Below, piece by piece: positions 54,225-64,000 of a DNA stretch of 64,000 nucleotides. The position numbers were made by a program, and so were the translations under genes. This stretch comes from Candidatus Bathyarchaeota archaeon (GTDB lineage Archaea > Thermoproteota > Bathyarchaeia > Bathyarchaeales > Bathycorpusculaceae): contig CAWGYA010000008.1 of assembly GCA_963826715.1 (NCBI GenBank), forward strand, positions 448,001 through 512,000. The letters run 5' to 3'. Within the stretch, counting starts at the first letter, position 1. Every line of letters begins with the position of its first letter. The notes below the pieces were generated by a model. That model did no database searches. It saw nothing but the letters and a program-made list of their open reading frames with translations, and was not told where the DNA came from.

Positions 54225-54528
54225 ATGAGGTATAAGTGCATAAAATTTGAATGCGCAGTTTGTGGCAAAGTTTCCACCATACAATTATTCATAAAAGCCA
54301 ATGGACAATTAGCCTATAGCAGAGCAAGACACTAAATTGGCAAAACCAATGGCAAACCCCAATTCAAATATCATCCTCAAAACATAGAATCTCTGAAAAC
54401 TTTATTAAAAACACAAAACATCAATCTGACAACTGAGAAGAGAATAAGTGGTCAAATAGGTCAAAACCAAAAAAATAAAAACCATGACCTAGAAAGCCAT
54501 GAGAAAACCTCTGCTCAGAAAAACATTG
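54225..54528 (+). pseudogene. partitioned-integrase N-fragment Int(N) upstream of tRNA-Gly
   Basis: MRYKCIKFECAVCGKVSTIQLF...YSRARH*IG...FKYHPQ; homologous to 6404..6715; frame stays open through the tRNA. Confidence 0.65.
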
Positions 54529-54607
54529 GCGGTTGTCGTCTAGTCTGGTTTAGGACTTTAGCCTTCCAAGCTAATGATCCCGGGTTCAAATCCCGGCGAC
54601 CGCACCA
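54529..54607 (+). tRNA. tRNA-Gly(TCC)
   Basis: GCGGTTG/CGACCGC-A-CCA, TTAGC-CT-TCC-AA-GCTAA, GGTTCAAATCC. Confidence 0.93.
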
Positions 54608-54678
54608 ATTACATTACCACAAAAAACACTCTTTTATGTTGCAACCTTTCTTGATATTTTTCGGAAATCAGAACTTCT

Positions 54679-55155
54679 TCAATTGCGGTCATTCTTCCCA
54701 ACAAGAAAGTGGAAAAGCTTACCTAAGTCCTTCGGATTAACAAAGAAGGCGGGAACTTTATTGCGATAATTACGATAAGATTCACCAAACCGCTGCATCA
54801 ATTCTCTTTCCTCAATTAAAGTTACATGAATATAGAAACCAGCAAGAAAAATCGCAAACACCGCTAGTGAAAAAAGCGCCTCCAAGGCAAATCAGTATCG
54901 CGCCAGCATATGTAGGATGTCTAAGCACAGAATAGAGTTCATTCTGTTGAATTTTGCTCTCTTCAGGAAAGTACAGGTATAAAACAACCATGTAGTCTAA
55001 ACCAAAAAATTGGAGAGCTCTAGTGCACATTAAGAAACCTGTTAATAGGAATATTATTCCCAATCCGAATTTAAAGAAAAAGACTAATGGGGTAGTAATT
55101 CCAAAAAGTGTTTCTAGCGGTGTAGCAATGATTTGAAGCGGAGAAGATATCCAGA
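54679..55155 (-). pseudogene. 3' half of isoprenylcysteine/phospholipid methyltransferase-like membrane gene
   Basis: LYSVLRHPTY, EERELMQRFGESY..Y..KVP; frameshifts; 5' half at 63561..63960. Confidence 0.8.
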
Positions 55156-55510
55156 TACGACTTATTCCCTATTTCCATAATCTGATTATTAGTTTATGAA
55201 GGTTCTAAAAATCGTTTTTCTGCGCCATGTTTATCCTCAAGCGCCTCAAGGAATTCTCACGGTCGGCTGAATTGGTGTATTGGCTGGGATTCGAATCCTT
55301 CACACCGGAAAAATTAGGCATCGATAGAACTTCCAGAAACAATTACAAAACCTTCAAAGAGAAATACTATACCATCAGCAAATAGATAGGAGAAGTTGAA
55401 AGAATTATAGCTAAACAAGAATAAGTTTGTTTAACATATCTGAATATTTGTATTTTTAGCTTGTTTTGTGTCTAACGCTTATTTCTAGAATGGATTATAT
55501 AGTATAGTTC

Positions 55511-56110
55511 ATGTTTGGGTTTATAGCGGGCGTACCGCGCAGAATTAAGAACCTTTTCTCAAAATTCAAAAAACACTTCAGCAAGCCTCAATTTCAAAAC
55601 TTCTGCAGAACCGAGATAGGCTTAATGGTAGCTGGAAACGGAGAACACAACGTCAAAAGCGTCAATGAACTCTTCCTCGACAGAAAAAACCAAAGCAGCC
55701 TCAACAGATTCATAACAGATCCAAAATGGGACATCAAAGCTGTAACCAACCAAGCCAAAACCATTCTTCTTAGGAAGCAAGCCTGGGCACGTCATTTGAG
55801 TACAAGATCATCGACGATACCGTATGCCGCAAATACAACCAAAACACCCAGATGGTCGGTTACAACCATTCCTCAACCATGGGAACGGTGCTAAGCCACG
55901 ACTACATAACATCCCTCTAACTAAACCTCGCAGTTCCTGACGGCTTGAAGCTATATGCCAACCAGAAGAAGTGCCAAGAGAAAGGAATCGAGTTTAAGAC
56001 GGGACTGCAGTTGGTATGCGACATCATCATCGATGAGCACACTCCAGTGGCGAAGAGGACAACTTGGTTTTGAGATTCCTGGTTCATCTGCCAGGAAATG
56101 GCGTCAAATA
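55511..56110 (+). pseudogene. IS701/IS4-superfamily DDE transposase remnant
   Basis: QSSLNRFIT..KW, IIDDT..RK, F.DSWF; frameshifts and stops, truncated. Confidence 0.75.
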
Positions 56111-56471
56111 AAAAGCTCGATTTAAGAAAGTTTAAACCAAAAAAATCAAGCCCTAAAAGTCGAATAAAAGCGTTAACTGATCAAAATGCATAGTGACTGA
56201 ATGATGAAAACATTTTTTTCACTCTAACCTCACTGCCAGCGCTGCAATGAGCCACTGCGGCTTAATGTTTGATATTTTAAAAAACCTATAATTCTCTCTT
56301 TGGTTGTTCTCATAAGCGGGAAAACATCTTTTTATTGAAACGCCTCCAAAAAAGTTTCTTGGCTGATAAACTTTCGAGCGGTTATTTCTTTTTCAGTATG
56401 ATAGTCAAGAAAGCTTGACTAAAAACCTTTTATACCTGCTTGTTTTTAGCCAGTTTGTGAATGAGGAAGCT

Positions 56472-57347
56472 ATGTTGAAGAAGACAATTGGCGTATTGGT
56501 TCTTTCCTTTGTTATACTGTTTAGCTTAGGGTTTGAAGTCGTTAACGCAAACCTTGTCGGTAACCCAAAACCCACGGAAAACATGCCTGAAATTTCCATT
56601 ACAGAGGACGGAAGTATCGACCCAAAAACAGCTCCAATACAGCGAAACGGAAGAACCTACACCCTAACGGGGGACATCACAAAATACCAACTCATAATCA
56701 AATGCGACAACATTATACTAGACGGCAAAGGCCATACCCTTCTAGGAAGAGGTATCGTCCCTGGAACGGATACTGCAATAACAATTGAATCTACGGCTGT
56801 AACTATTAAAAATTTTAGTATAGAAAAATTCCGAATAGGCATATATGCACCTAGTATTTATGGCTGCATTATCACAGAAAATACAATTAAAAGCGGTGAA
56901 CATGGGATAAGAATAGGTTATTCTGCTGAAAATAACAAGATTACTTATAACACCATATTGGGTGGTCTCCAAGATTATGGTTGTGGAATTAGCGTTTTCG
57001 GGTCTTACAATAGTGTTATCGGAAACAACATTTCTAATTTACGCTGTGGCATTGAGTTCGATTATGGTGACCATAATAGAGCTTCAAATAATACATTATC
57101 AAATATAAAGGAAACATACATCGATATTTCATCCGCTCCAGATACATTTTTAGAAAACAATATATTGCCCGTTGCTTCACCGAGCCCAACAGCCACATCT
57201 GCAACTACAACGACCAGCACACCACCGTCTGTAGGTTCTTATTACTTGTCCATTTCAACACTCCTAATATTAGGCTTGGTCGCAATAGTTGTTGTAGTCG
57301 GTTTAGTAATTCTGATAGTCTATAGAAGGTATCAAGAAAAAAGTTAG
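56472..57347 (+). CDS. right-handed beta-helix (NosD/CASH-like) surface protein
   Basis: Close paralogue of 29163..30044; ATG 56472 after GAGG. Confidence 0.85.
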   Translation: MLKKTIGVLVLSFVILFSLGFEVVNANLVGNPKPTENMPEISITEDGSIDPKTAPIQRNGRTYTLTGDITKYQLIIKCDNIILDGKGHTLLGRGIVPGTDTAITIESTAVTIKNFSIEKFRIGIYAPSIYGCIITENTIKSGEHGIRIGYSAENNKITYNTILGGLQDYGCGISVFGSYNSVIGNNISNLRCGIEFDYGDHNRASNNTLSNIKETYIDISSAPDTFLENNILPVASPSPTATSATTTTSTPPSVGSYYLSISTLLILGLVAIVVVVGLVILIVYRRYQEKS

Positions 57348-57548
57348 CACTGGCCATATGTGTCATTATTTGTTACAATTAGGATATCGTAAGATTACTA
57401 TTTTATTCATTTTTTTAACAACATCGGAAGTGGAATGGCATTTGTAGTTAATAAATGACTCCGCGGCTTCATCTACTTAAACACAAAATATGTGACAAAC
57501 AGTAAATATGAGAAGCACGCAAGCAGCGATTGTTAGGTGTGATCAATA

Positions 57549-60500
57549 GTGAAGTTGGCTAATAAAGACTTGGTTATACTTGGTTTTATTATTGCCTTGC
57601 TTACTTCCATGGTTTACGTGTATACGCTCCCTACAGCTTTTGCAGCCGAGCTAAATGTCCAAGATAAAACAATATCAGTTTTAAACGATGTAATGGGTCT
57701 AAAGACAGATCTGTATGCAATTAATCAGAGTGCGCAAAGAGATAGTCAGCATATTAGTCTTGCCCAAGAAGAAGCCAACGTTTACTTGTCTTCTAGCCAG
57801 AGCAAACTCAGAGTAAGCTGCTCCTTTGTGAATAACCAGTTACACGAGATTTATTTAAGCGATCAAGAAGGAAGTCTCGCATTAAAGCAATCCGCTGCAA
57901 ACTCGGTTGAAATGGCTAAAAGTTTCTTAGAACGATTCCAAAACTACACGCGTGACTCTTTCTATGGCTCACTTTCTGCAATACTAAACGATACCAATGG
58001 AAATTTAAACATAACTAAACCTTCAGACAACATACAACTTAGGGTTACGACTACTGACCAGAATAACTCTGATTACATTTGGACATACATTGATGCAAAC
58101 GGAACTAGAGCTGACAGAAAAAACATTGTTCTGAGCTATGAAGGAGGACAGCTGAAAGGGTTCTTAAACAATTGGCCACTGTACAAGATATCAGGTACTC
58201 CTAAGATTTCAGCGAAGGAAGCTACTGCAATAGCTATTGAAGCTTCCAAAAACTTTTCTTATCAAGTAATCTCCGAAAATGGAACATTAGAGACTGTTAC
58301 TGAATTCAAGATTGCGCCGGAGTCGTTGGGTCATGAATCAATAGCTTACCTAAACTACAATAATGAGATTGATGCACGAGGTAGAGACCCCTTTACATTG
58401 TATCCTGCATGGTATGTTCCAATAGGCTTTGACAAGTTCTACCCAGGCGATGTTTCCAGCATGGCGGTTATAATTTGGGCTGACACCGGTGAAGTGAGTG
58501 CGATGCAAGAGCTTGTCGTTGACAGCGGATTAGCACGCTCAAGCATGGATGAAACCATTAATTCCCAAGAGATTTCCAACGGATTTAGTCAACAATTACT
58601 TATTCCAATCGCAATATTCAGTGGACTTCTATTTGGCGTGATAAAATCGACGTCAAGTAGAGGCAAGATTGCTTATCGAAGATTCTGGGGGATTCTCATT
58701 TGCATATCAATTCTCTTCAGTGCATTGCTTGTAGTGTCGTCACCAAGTGTCAGCGCAAGTACACCGGCGCACAATAGCAAATCTCGAATATACTCATGTG
58801 AAGGCACAGAGGATGGTTATAATAATGATGATGCTGATACACAGGAGGAAAGCGCAACGGCAGAAGTATGCAATTACATAGGAAACCTAACTGAAGATTA
58901 TGGATATGATACGACGAACTTACATGGGTCTGGTACAGTTTATGGAGATGTATATGATAACGCTTATTCCGACGAGCAGAATTATGACCGAACGACGGTA
59001 TTTCATGCTGGTCATTTTTCATCTTTGGGTCGTTCTTATCAGGATTGCAACGGCCGCCCAATAAGAGACATAAACTTGACTGCTGAAACAGGCTTGGGTG
59101 AGCATTTCTTTACATTCTTATGGATATGTGTTCAAGCACACAATCCAGTTGTTGATGGAACTGTGAGATGTTACGATACTATCCTGCCTTCTGAGGATCC
59201 CGGAACACCCATTGGTTGGACTCATAGAGACGGCAGTGATAACCACCCATTTATGAGTTCTGATGGCTATGCACGGCCCGATTCCTATGGTCAATGCTAC
59301 ATAAGCTTCTATGGTTATTCACCTATGCTAAGCGGTTTGCCCATCAATACTTTTTTTGAGCAAACAGGAGTCACAAATTGCAAGGAGTTTATAAAGAAAT
59401 TCTACGACTATGCCCTAACTGATGGCTTATCTGTACATGATGCATTAGATCAAGCCTCAAGTGACTACTTTGGAGTGTACTACTCAAGTAGCCTACTTAG
59501 CACAGGCTATAACGCCTATTGGCCAGGTGGTGATAATCAACCTCCTTTAAACAAAACAGGCTACTATCCTAAGGATTTTTTCCCCGAGGAGCCATTGAAT
59601 CAGATGAGGGTATATGGCGATGCAAGCATACACCTTGTTCCTCAAACTGAAACTATTTCGGTTGACTATTTCAGTGGGACATACGATGTCTGGAATGAAG
59701 TTGGGGCTTCGCCGTACTTACAGGAAGGCGTCAGTAACTTCATATACGAAAGCGGAAACGATACTGGAGATGCTGAAGCTTTCTTCTACTTCTCAAACCC
59801 CACCAATGGGCAAGGCAAGATAGAATCGGTAAAACTAAAATTATTTTGCGGGCAAACCGATCCTCAAAGTCGTATGCAGTTTAATGCCTCAGTAGCGCAA
59901 GCCAAAAACACCACCCTTACCAGTTCTTCGTATGTTTTCTACCAAAACTACATAGTCACGCCCCAGTATGGCCCCTACTACGGTGATGGTGCATGGGAGG
60001 ACATCGACATCACTTCTTGGGTGAATTCCTGGGAGACACTTGACAACGTACGATTAAAATTTGTCTATAGAAGCTACTATGGAAGCTATGAGGTTAAGGT
60101 ATACACTGCACAGATAGAAATTACGTATTGGCCCACAGTTGGATGTGAAAGAGACATAGTGATTTTTGGCAACGAAACCAGTTACCCATGGCTGGGCGAC
60201 TGGGCTGATATGCTCTATAACTTTGGCTACAACTACGCCATAGTAGATCCAAGCCAGGTATCTCATGGAATAATAAGTAAAGCGCACGCGTTAATTGTTG
60301 CGCCAAACATTGTTAACGAGCTTCCTGGAAGATTTAACCTCTGGGGCGCAAGCCTTATCCAAGAAGCCAGCGTCGATATCCCGGTTTTATGCCACATGTT
60401 CAGCTACACCTCCCAAGTCTACAGGCAAGACGACACCAACTACGGTGACGGATGGGGACCTTTGCAAGCCTCGTATAAACATTCAAACGCTACCTCAGTC

Positions 60501-62192
60501 AAAGACCCCTCAGGCGCTGACATGCAGAACATAACCTTCAACATGGATTGGAGCTACTTTCCCAACGGCGCAGTCGTGCCTTTCTACAGCGATGCCGACG
60601 GTTACTTGCGAACAGTCAATTCTAATTCAGCCTACTGGAACAGCTACGCCTCACACACCATAGTGGCAAAAGAGTATGGAAGCCAAAACTACGCAGCGAT
60701 AGTGCATGGAGACTTCTATGGCGGAGAAGGTATCTTAGCAGTTGATCTTGAAGCAATTTTTTCTAATGATTGGAACTGTAGAAATCTAATTTTCTATCCT
60801 TGGCTTGATAAAGTGGACTTTGAGATTGGCTATGACAAATGTCCAACAAGCAATTACCTGAAGCATTGGTACGCTAACGGCTATGAATTCATATCATTCT
60901 CTGACATCCAAAATGCAATAACAAGCATAGACAACAACGATGATGGTGAAGTGTCAACTTTTAGCCTTGGTACAAGCGTTCAAGGAAGAGATATAACCGC
61001 TCTTCAAATAGGCTCTGGCAGCGAGGTGGTCCTGATAGTTGCTGGTATCCATGGAAATGAGAAGGCGGCAGTGGCTGGCGCACTCAACCTTGCACACGTC
61101 TTTGACAACCTGTATCAAACTGCCCCCAACTGGAAGCATATACTTGATAACCACATTCGGATTGTGCTTGTGCCCTGCAATAATCCTGATGGGTATGTAA
61201 GTAACACTCGCGAAAACGCCAACGGGGTGGATGTTAACAGAAACTATGACTATGGGTCAGACACACCTTTTAATCAGCCAGAAACAAGAGCGATAAGCAA
61301 CTTCGTGGGCAATAACACGATAAAAGCATATGTGGGTTTTCACATGGGAGAAGCCCAGGTATACTTAGTTGAGGCTACTACAACAGGCATTAACAGACAT
61401 GACTACCCATACAGGGACCAAGCGTACATGCTTGGTTACAGAACAAACGAGACGTTGGTTAACGAAGCAAAAATTTTCCATGGATTTTACATTCGACTTC
61501 AAGGTGTAGGAGACTCTCAAACGTTAATGGGTCAGGCGTTCAACGGAACTCAGGCGTTGCATGTGATGCTAAATGAGGATTGCCCAGCGGTTACTTTTGA
61601 AACGCTACCGGGTTTTGATGGGAATGATCCTTCTAAGTCTTCTGCAAGACTTATGGGCACTTCAATTATTCAGATTACGGTTGTTGGAATGGAGCTTTCT
61701 CATTGGCGTTATGAAACGTTGGTTCCTTGGGGTGAGGGAGCATATCTTGAGTTTAGTTATCTGTCTGGCGGTACTTCTCACTACTTAAAGGTCGATGACA
61801 ACACGGATGTGGGAGATGGCGATAGTACTTGGGTTGGTTCAAACTCTTACAATATTGAGCGTGACACCTATTCCGTTCCAAGTTTAAGTGGTTATAGTTC
61901 AGGGATGAGTATTGGCAAAGTTGCCGTTTATGTAGTGGCTAGGGGTACAACTGGGCCTAGTATTGTTTTGCCTGCGTTGCAGACGCAGTCTACTTTCTAT
62001 TCGGGAACTGACCAGAACATTGTTATTACTTATTCAAGGGTTAACTATACGTGGCCGGTTAATCCCAACACTGGGGCGGCATGGACTAACAGTGACATCG
62101 ATAGTCTGCAGGTTGGCCAGAAAGCCGATCATGCTGCACTAAGAGTGACTGAAGTGTATGCTGTGATAGAATATGACCAACTTCACAGTTGA
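57549..62192 (+). CDS. 1547-aa multidomain secreted/membrane protein with M14 zinc carboxypeptidase domain
   Basis: Signal peptide, internal TM pair, GIHGNE, NPDG, RENANGVDVNRNY, QPET, GFH, TFE. Confidence 0.82.
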   Translation: MKLANKDLVILGFIIALLTSMVYVYTLPTAFAAELNVQDKTISVLNDVMGLKTDLYAINQSAQRDSQHISLAQEEANVYLSSSQSKLRVSCSFVNNQLHEIYLSDQEGSLALKQSAANSVEMAKSFLERFQNYTRDSFYGSLSAILNDTNGNLNITKPSDNIQLRVTTTDQNNSDYIWTYIDANGTRADRKNIVLSYEGGQLKGFLNNWPLYKISGTPKISAKEATAIAIEASKNFSYQVISENGTLETVTEFKIAPESLGHESIAYLNYNNEIDARGRDPFTLYPAWYVPIGFDKFYPGDVSSMAVIIWADTGEVSAMQELVVDSGLARSSMDETINSQEISNGFSQQLLIPIAIFSGLLFGVIKSTSSRGKIAYRRFWGILICISILFSALLVVSSPSVSASTPAHNSKSRIYSCEGTEDGYNNDDADTQEESATAEVCNYIGNLTEDYGYDTTNLHGSGTVYGDVYDNAYSDEQNYDRTTVFHAGHFSSLGRSYQDCNGRPIRDINLTAETGLGEHFFTFLWICVQAHNPVVDGTVRCYDTILPSEDPGTPIGWTHRDGSDNHPFMSSDGYARPDSYGQCYISFYGYSPMLSGLPINTFFEQTGVTNCKEFIKKFYDYALTDGLSVHDALDQASSDYFGVYYSSSLLSTGYNAYWPGGDNQPPLNKTGYYPKDFFPEEPLNQMRVYGDASIHLVPQTETISVDYFSGTYDVWNEVGASPYLQEGVSNFIYESGNDTGDAEAFFYFSNPTNGQGKIESVKLKLFCGQTDPQSRMQFNASVAQAKNTTLTSSSYVFYQNYIVTPQYGPYYGDGAWEDIDITSWVNSWETLDNVRLKFVYRSYYGSYEVKVYTAQIEITYWPTVGCERDIVIFGNETSYPWLGDWADMLYNFGYNYAIVDPSQVSHGIISKAHALIVAPNIVNELPGRFNLWGASLIQEASVDIPVLCHMFSYTSQVYRQDDTNYGDGWGPLQASYKHSNATSVKDPSGADMQNITFNMDWSYFPNGAVVPFYSDADGYLRTVNSNSAYWNSYASHTIVAKEYGSQNYAAIVHGDFYGGEGILAVDLEAIFSNDWNCRNLIFYPWLDKVDFEIGYDKCPTSNYLKHWYANGYEFISFSDIQNAITSIDNNDDGEVSTFSLGTSVQGRDITALQIGSGSEVVLIVAGIHGNEKAAVAGALNLAHVFDNLYQTAPNWKHILDNHIRIVLVPCNNPDGYVSNTRENANGVDVNRNYDYGSDTPFNQPETRAISNFVGNNTIKAYVGFHMGEAQVYLVEATTTGINRHDYPYRDQAYMLGYRTNETLVNEAKIFHGFYIRLQGVGDSQTLMGQAFNGTQALHVMLNEDCPAVTFETLPGFDGNDPSKSSARLMGTSIIQITVVGMELSHWRYETLVPWGEGAYLEFSYLSGGTSHYLKVDDNTDVGDGDSTWVGSNSYNIERDTYSVPSLSGYSSGMSIGKVAVYVVARGTTGPSIVLPALQTQSTFYSGTDQNIVITYSRVNYTWPVNPNTGAAWTNSDIDSLQVGQKADHAALRVTEVYAVIEYDQLHS

Positions 62193-63560
62193 CTTTTTTT
62201 TCTTTTTGAACACCGTATTTCGCTTACCCAAAAATATTACGGTGTTCAGCAAGGATGGTGCAGAATACAATTAAACTGGCGGTCGGCTAAAACGAGCGAC
62301 ATGGTTTTATGTCGGCGCTAATATCCTTAGTTGTTGTATTGTCGTCGTTTATTCGCATAGCGGTTCTTGACTGAGTTGTCCCAAACCACCAGGAACGCGC
62401 GCCTTAGAGAATTAACATTTGTTGCTAACAAGCGTATGTAGTCGTTTGTTGGTTGGCAGAATCTTGTGAATCGTAAGAACACCTTCCATAATACTTGCTA
62501 AAAACTAAATCAATTATTTCTTATAATCAAGGTGCAATAAGTTGTTTTATCTGCCGCAGAGTTAGGGAAGTTGTTAGTGAACCTTGTCGGCGCTGTAAAT
62601 CAACTTTTTTTGTCCAACCTGAAAACACCGAGCTTATTTTTTGCTAACTGCAACAGCTTTAAAGAATAGAAGGTACCTGTTTTTTGCTCTGCGGGGAAGT
62701 TAGGTTTTAAAAAGGAAGGGCGCAAACATTGCCTTAGAAAATTATTTTTTTGCAGTTAATTGGTGATCTTTTAGAAAATAAAAAAGCCCAAAGGCTAAGC
62801 TCTGGAACTGATAGGTTAGGTATTGACTGAGCCGATATAGGATTAACTATTGCTTAGAGTTGAGGTTATCAAATGAACTGTCAGTAATGTTTGTAGGCTT
62901 TTAGTTTGACGGCTCATATCTGAGAAAAGGAATATCTTTGAATTATAGTTTACTAAGTTCGTTTTTGAAAAAAAATGTTCACACTAGGCAGATGGAAAAG
63001 GTGTAGTTTTTGGATTAACTTATGTCTGAACCCTGCATTTTATGATGAAAATTGTTGGAACTCAGGAATATTCTGGCTAGGATTCTGCGATTATTTCGGG
63101 CGAATTGTCATTCGATTCATCCTCATTAATCATGAGTTCTGGTTTCTTGAAAGCTCGATCTAGAACAGTAATATTAACGCGAGATGGTTACCTTGAAGTG
63201 TCGCTATTGAGATTGAAGTGAGCGAATACATCGCTTAGATTTTTGTTCTTGCATTGTCAAGCCTGTAGCTTATTATTCTCTCTTGTATCCCCAAAATGGT
63301 TTTTTATGGTGATTATATGCATTAAACGCTTTTCACCATAGAATAGAGCTTGAAAACACCCGCATTCGCGTAAAACTAACGGCTTTTCGCCTCATTCGCG
63401 CCAATATGTAAAAACGCTTATTTACAAAAACGCGAGAATACGTTTTTGTTTACCATACTATAAACTATACTTTAAGGGCAATAATGCAAATCCCATGTTT
63501 AACCGCCTTATTCCCTATTTAATTCCCGCTTTCTCCATAAAAAACGCTGAAACTCGCTCT

Positions 63561-63960
63561 TCCAGAAAGATAGCGCAAATGAATAAAACGGAATGTATTC
63601 ACTAAGGGCAACCGTTAATATCCAAACTATCCCTCCAAAGCCAAAAAGAAACACCCGCTGATACGCCACCGATCCATACTTTGCTTTCAGACGGTTTCGC
63701 CAGAACCAAAGTTGCCACACAAGCAATAGACCAACAACCTCGACAATTAATACACCGAATAATGGAAACAAGGAAAGTAATACCCCGTTTACTTCCTCGA
63801 CGCTTAAGATAGTGGGTAATGAATCAAACGTGATAAAAATAACAAGAGCTAAGGCAATCATGCAAATTAGGTAAATTGGTAAAAAAACAATTTTTTTACC
63901 GCAAAGAGCAGGTAGTTTTTCTCGAAATTTTCTGTATCCTTTTATGGGAAAGAATAAAAC
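63561..63960 (-). pseudogene. 5' half of the interrupted methyltransferase-like membrane gene
   Basis: IKGYRKFREKLP...YQRVFLFGFGG...FALSFW; joins 54679..55155 across the insertion. Confidence 0.75.
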
Positions 63961-64000
63961 ACAGTACCCCTTTGCTTAAATTATGATTTTTTGATTTGCT

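Larger units (their letters stand above)
55156..63560. mobile_element. 8.4-kb insertion flanked by TCCAGA direct repeat
   Basis: TCCAGA at 55150..55155 and 63561..63566; removal restores FALSFWISSPLQIIATP; 14-bp direct repeat CTTATTCCCTATTT near both ends. Confidence 0.78.

Noticed and set aside
55275-55310. GGGATTCGAATCC resembling a tRNA T-arm or fourth att copy
   Set aside because: Flanks match none of the three tRNAs and no cloverleaf forms; it lies in a short ORF-like stretch
55511-56110. IS701-like transposase as the mobiliser of the 8.4-kb insertion
   Set aside because: It is internal, truncated and single-copy, and the insertion ends lack terminal inverted repeats
1-64000. CRISPR array, cas genes, rRNA
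   Set aside because: No regularly spaced repeats or recognisable motifs seen

Overview
Archaeal chromosome segment, most likely TACK lineage and probably Bathyarchaeia. This is inferred from rps26e, rpl40e, an Elf1-like gene, two Alba paralogues, archaeal AspRS, and large secreted PQQ-like propeller and beta-helix proteins with C-terminal TM anchors. An almost intact housekeeping block (about 40-50 kb) is flanked by accessory DNA organised around three tRNA integration sites. (i) tRNA-Thr(GGT), minus strand, has a 47-bp att duplication and two copies of a Zn-finger 'Int(N)' fragment typical of partitioned (SSV1-type) integrases. (ii) tRNA-Leu(TAG) is followed by three tandem att copies. These delimit a 22-kb element (intact Zn-ribbon tyrosine integrase, type I R-M, Fic, ParB/ABC-ATPase/GNAT module, and a Zn-finger + PRTase-GNAT + OPRT-like operon), a 1.7-kb relic of the same family, and a third element whose homologous integrase reads in frame out of the att site. 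(iii) tRNA-Gly(TCC) is preceded in the same sense by a third Int(N) copy and an Int(C) relic. An 8.4-kb insertion flanked by a 6-bp direct repeat splits a membrane methyltransferase-like gene near the right end. The best candidates for undescribed biology are the PRTase-like-sensor/TacT-like GNAT operon, the split and unsplit integrases sharing one att site, and the 8.4-kb TIR-less insertion. Many accessory genes carry single-base indels, and some could be consensus errors. All product calls come from motif recognition by eye, not database searches.
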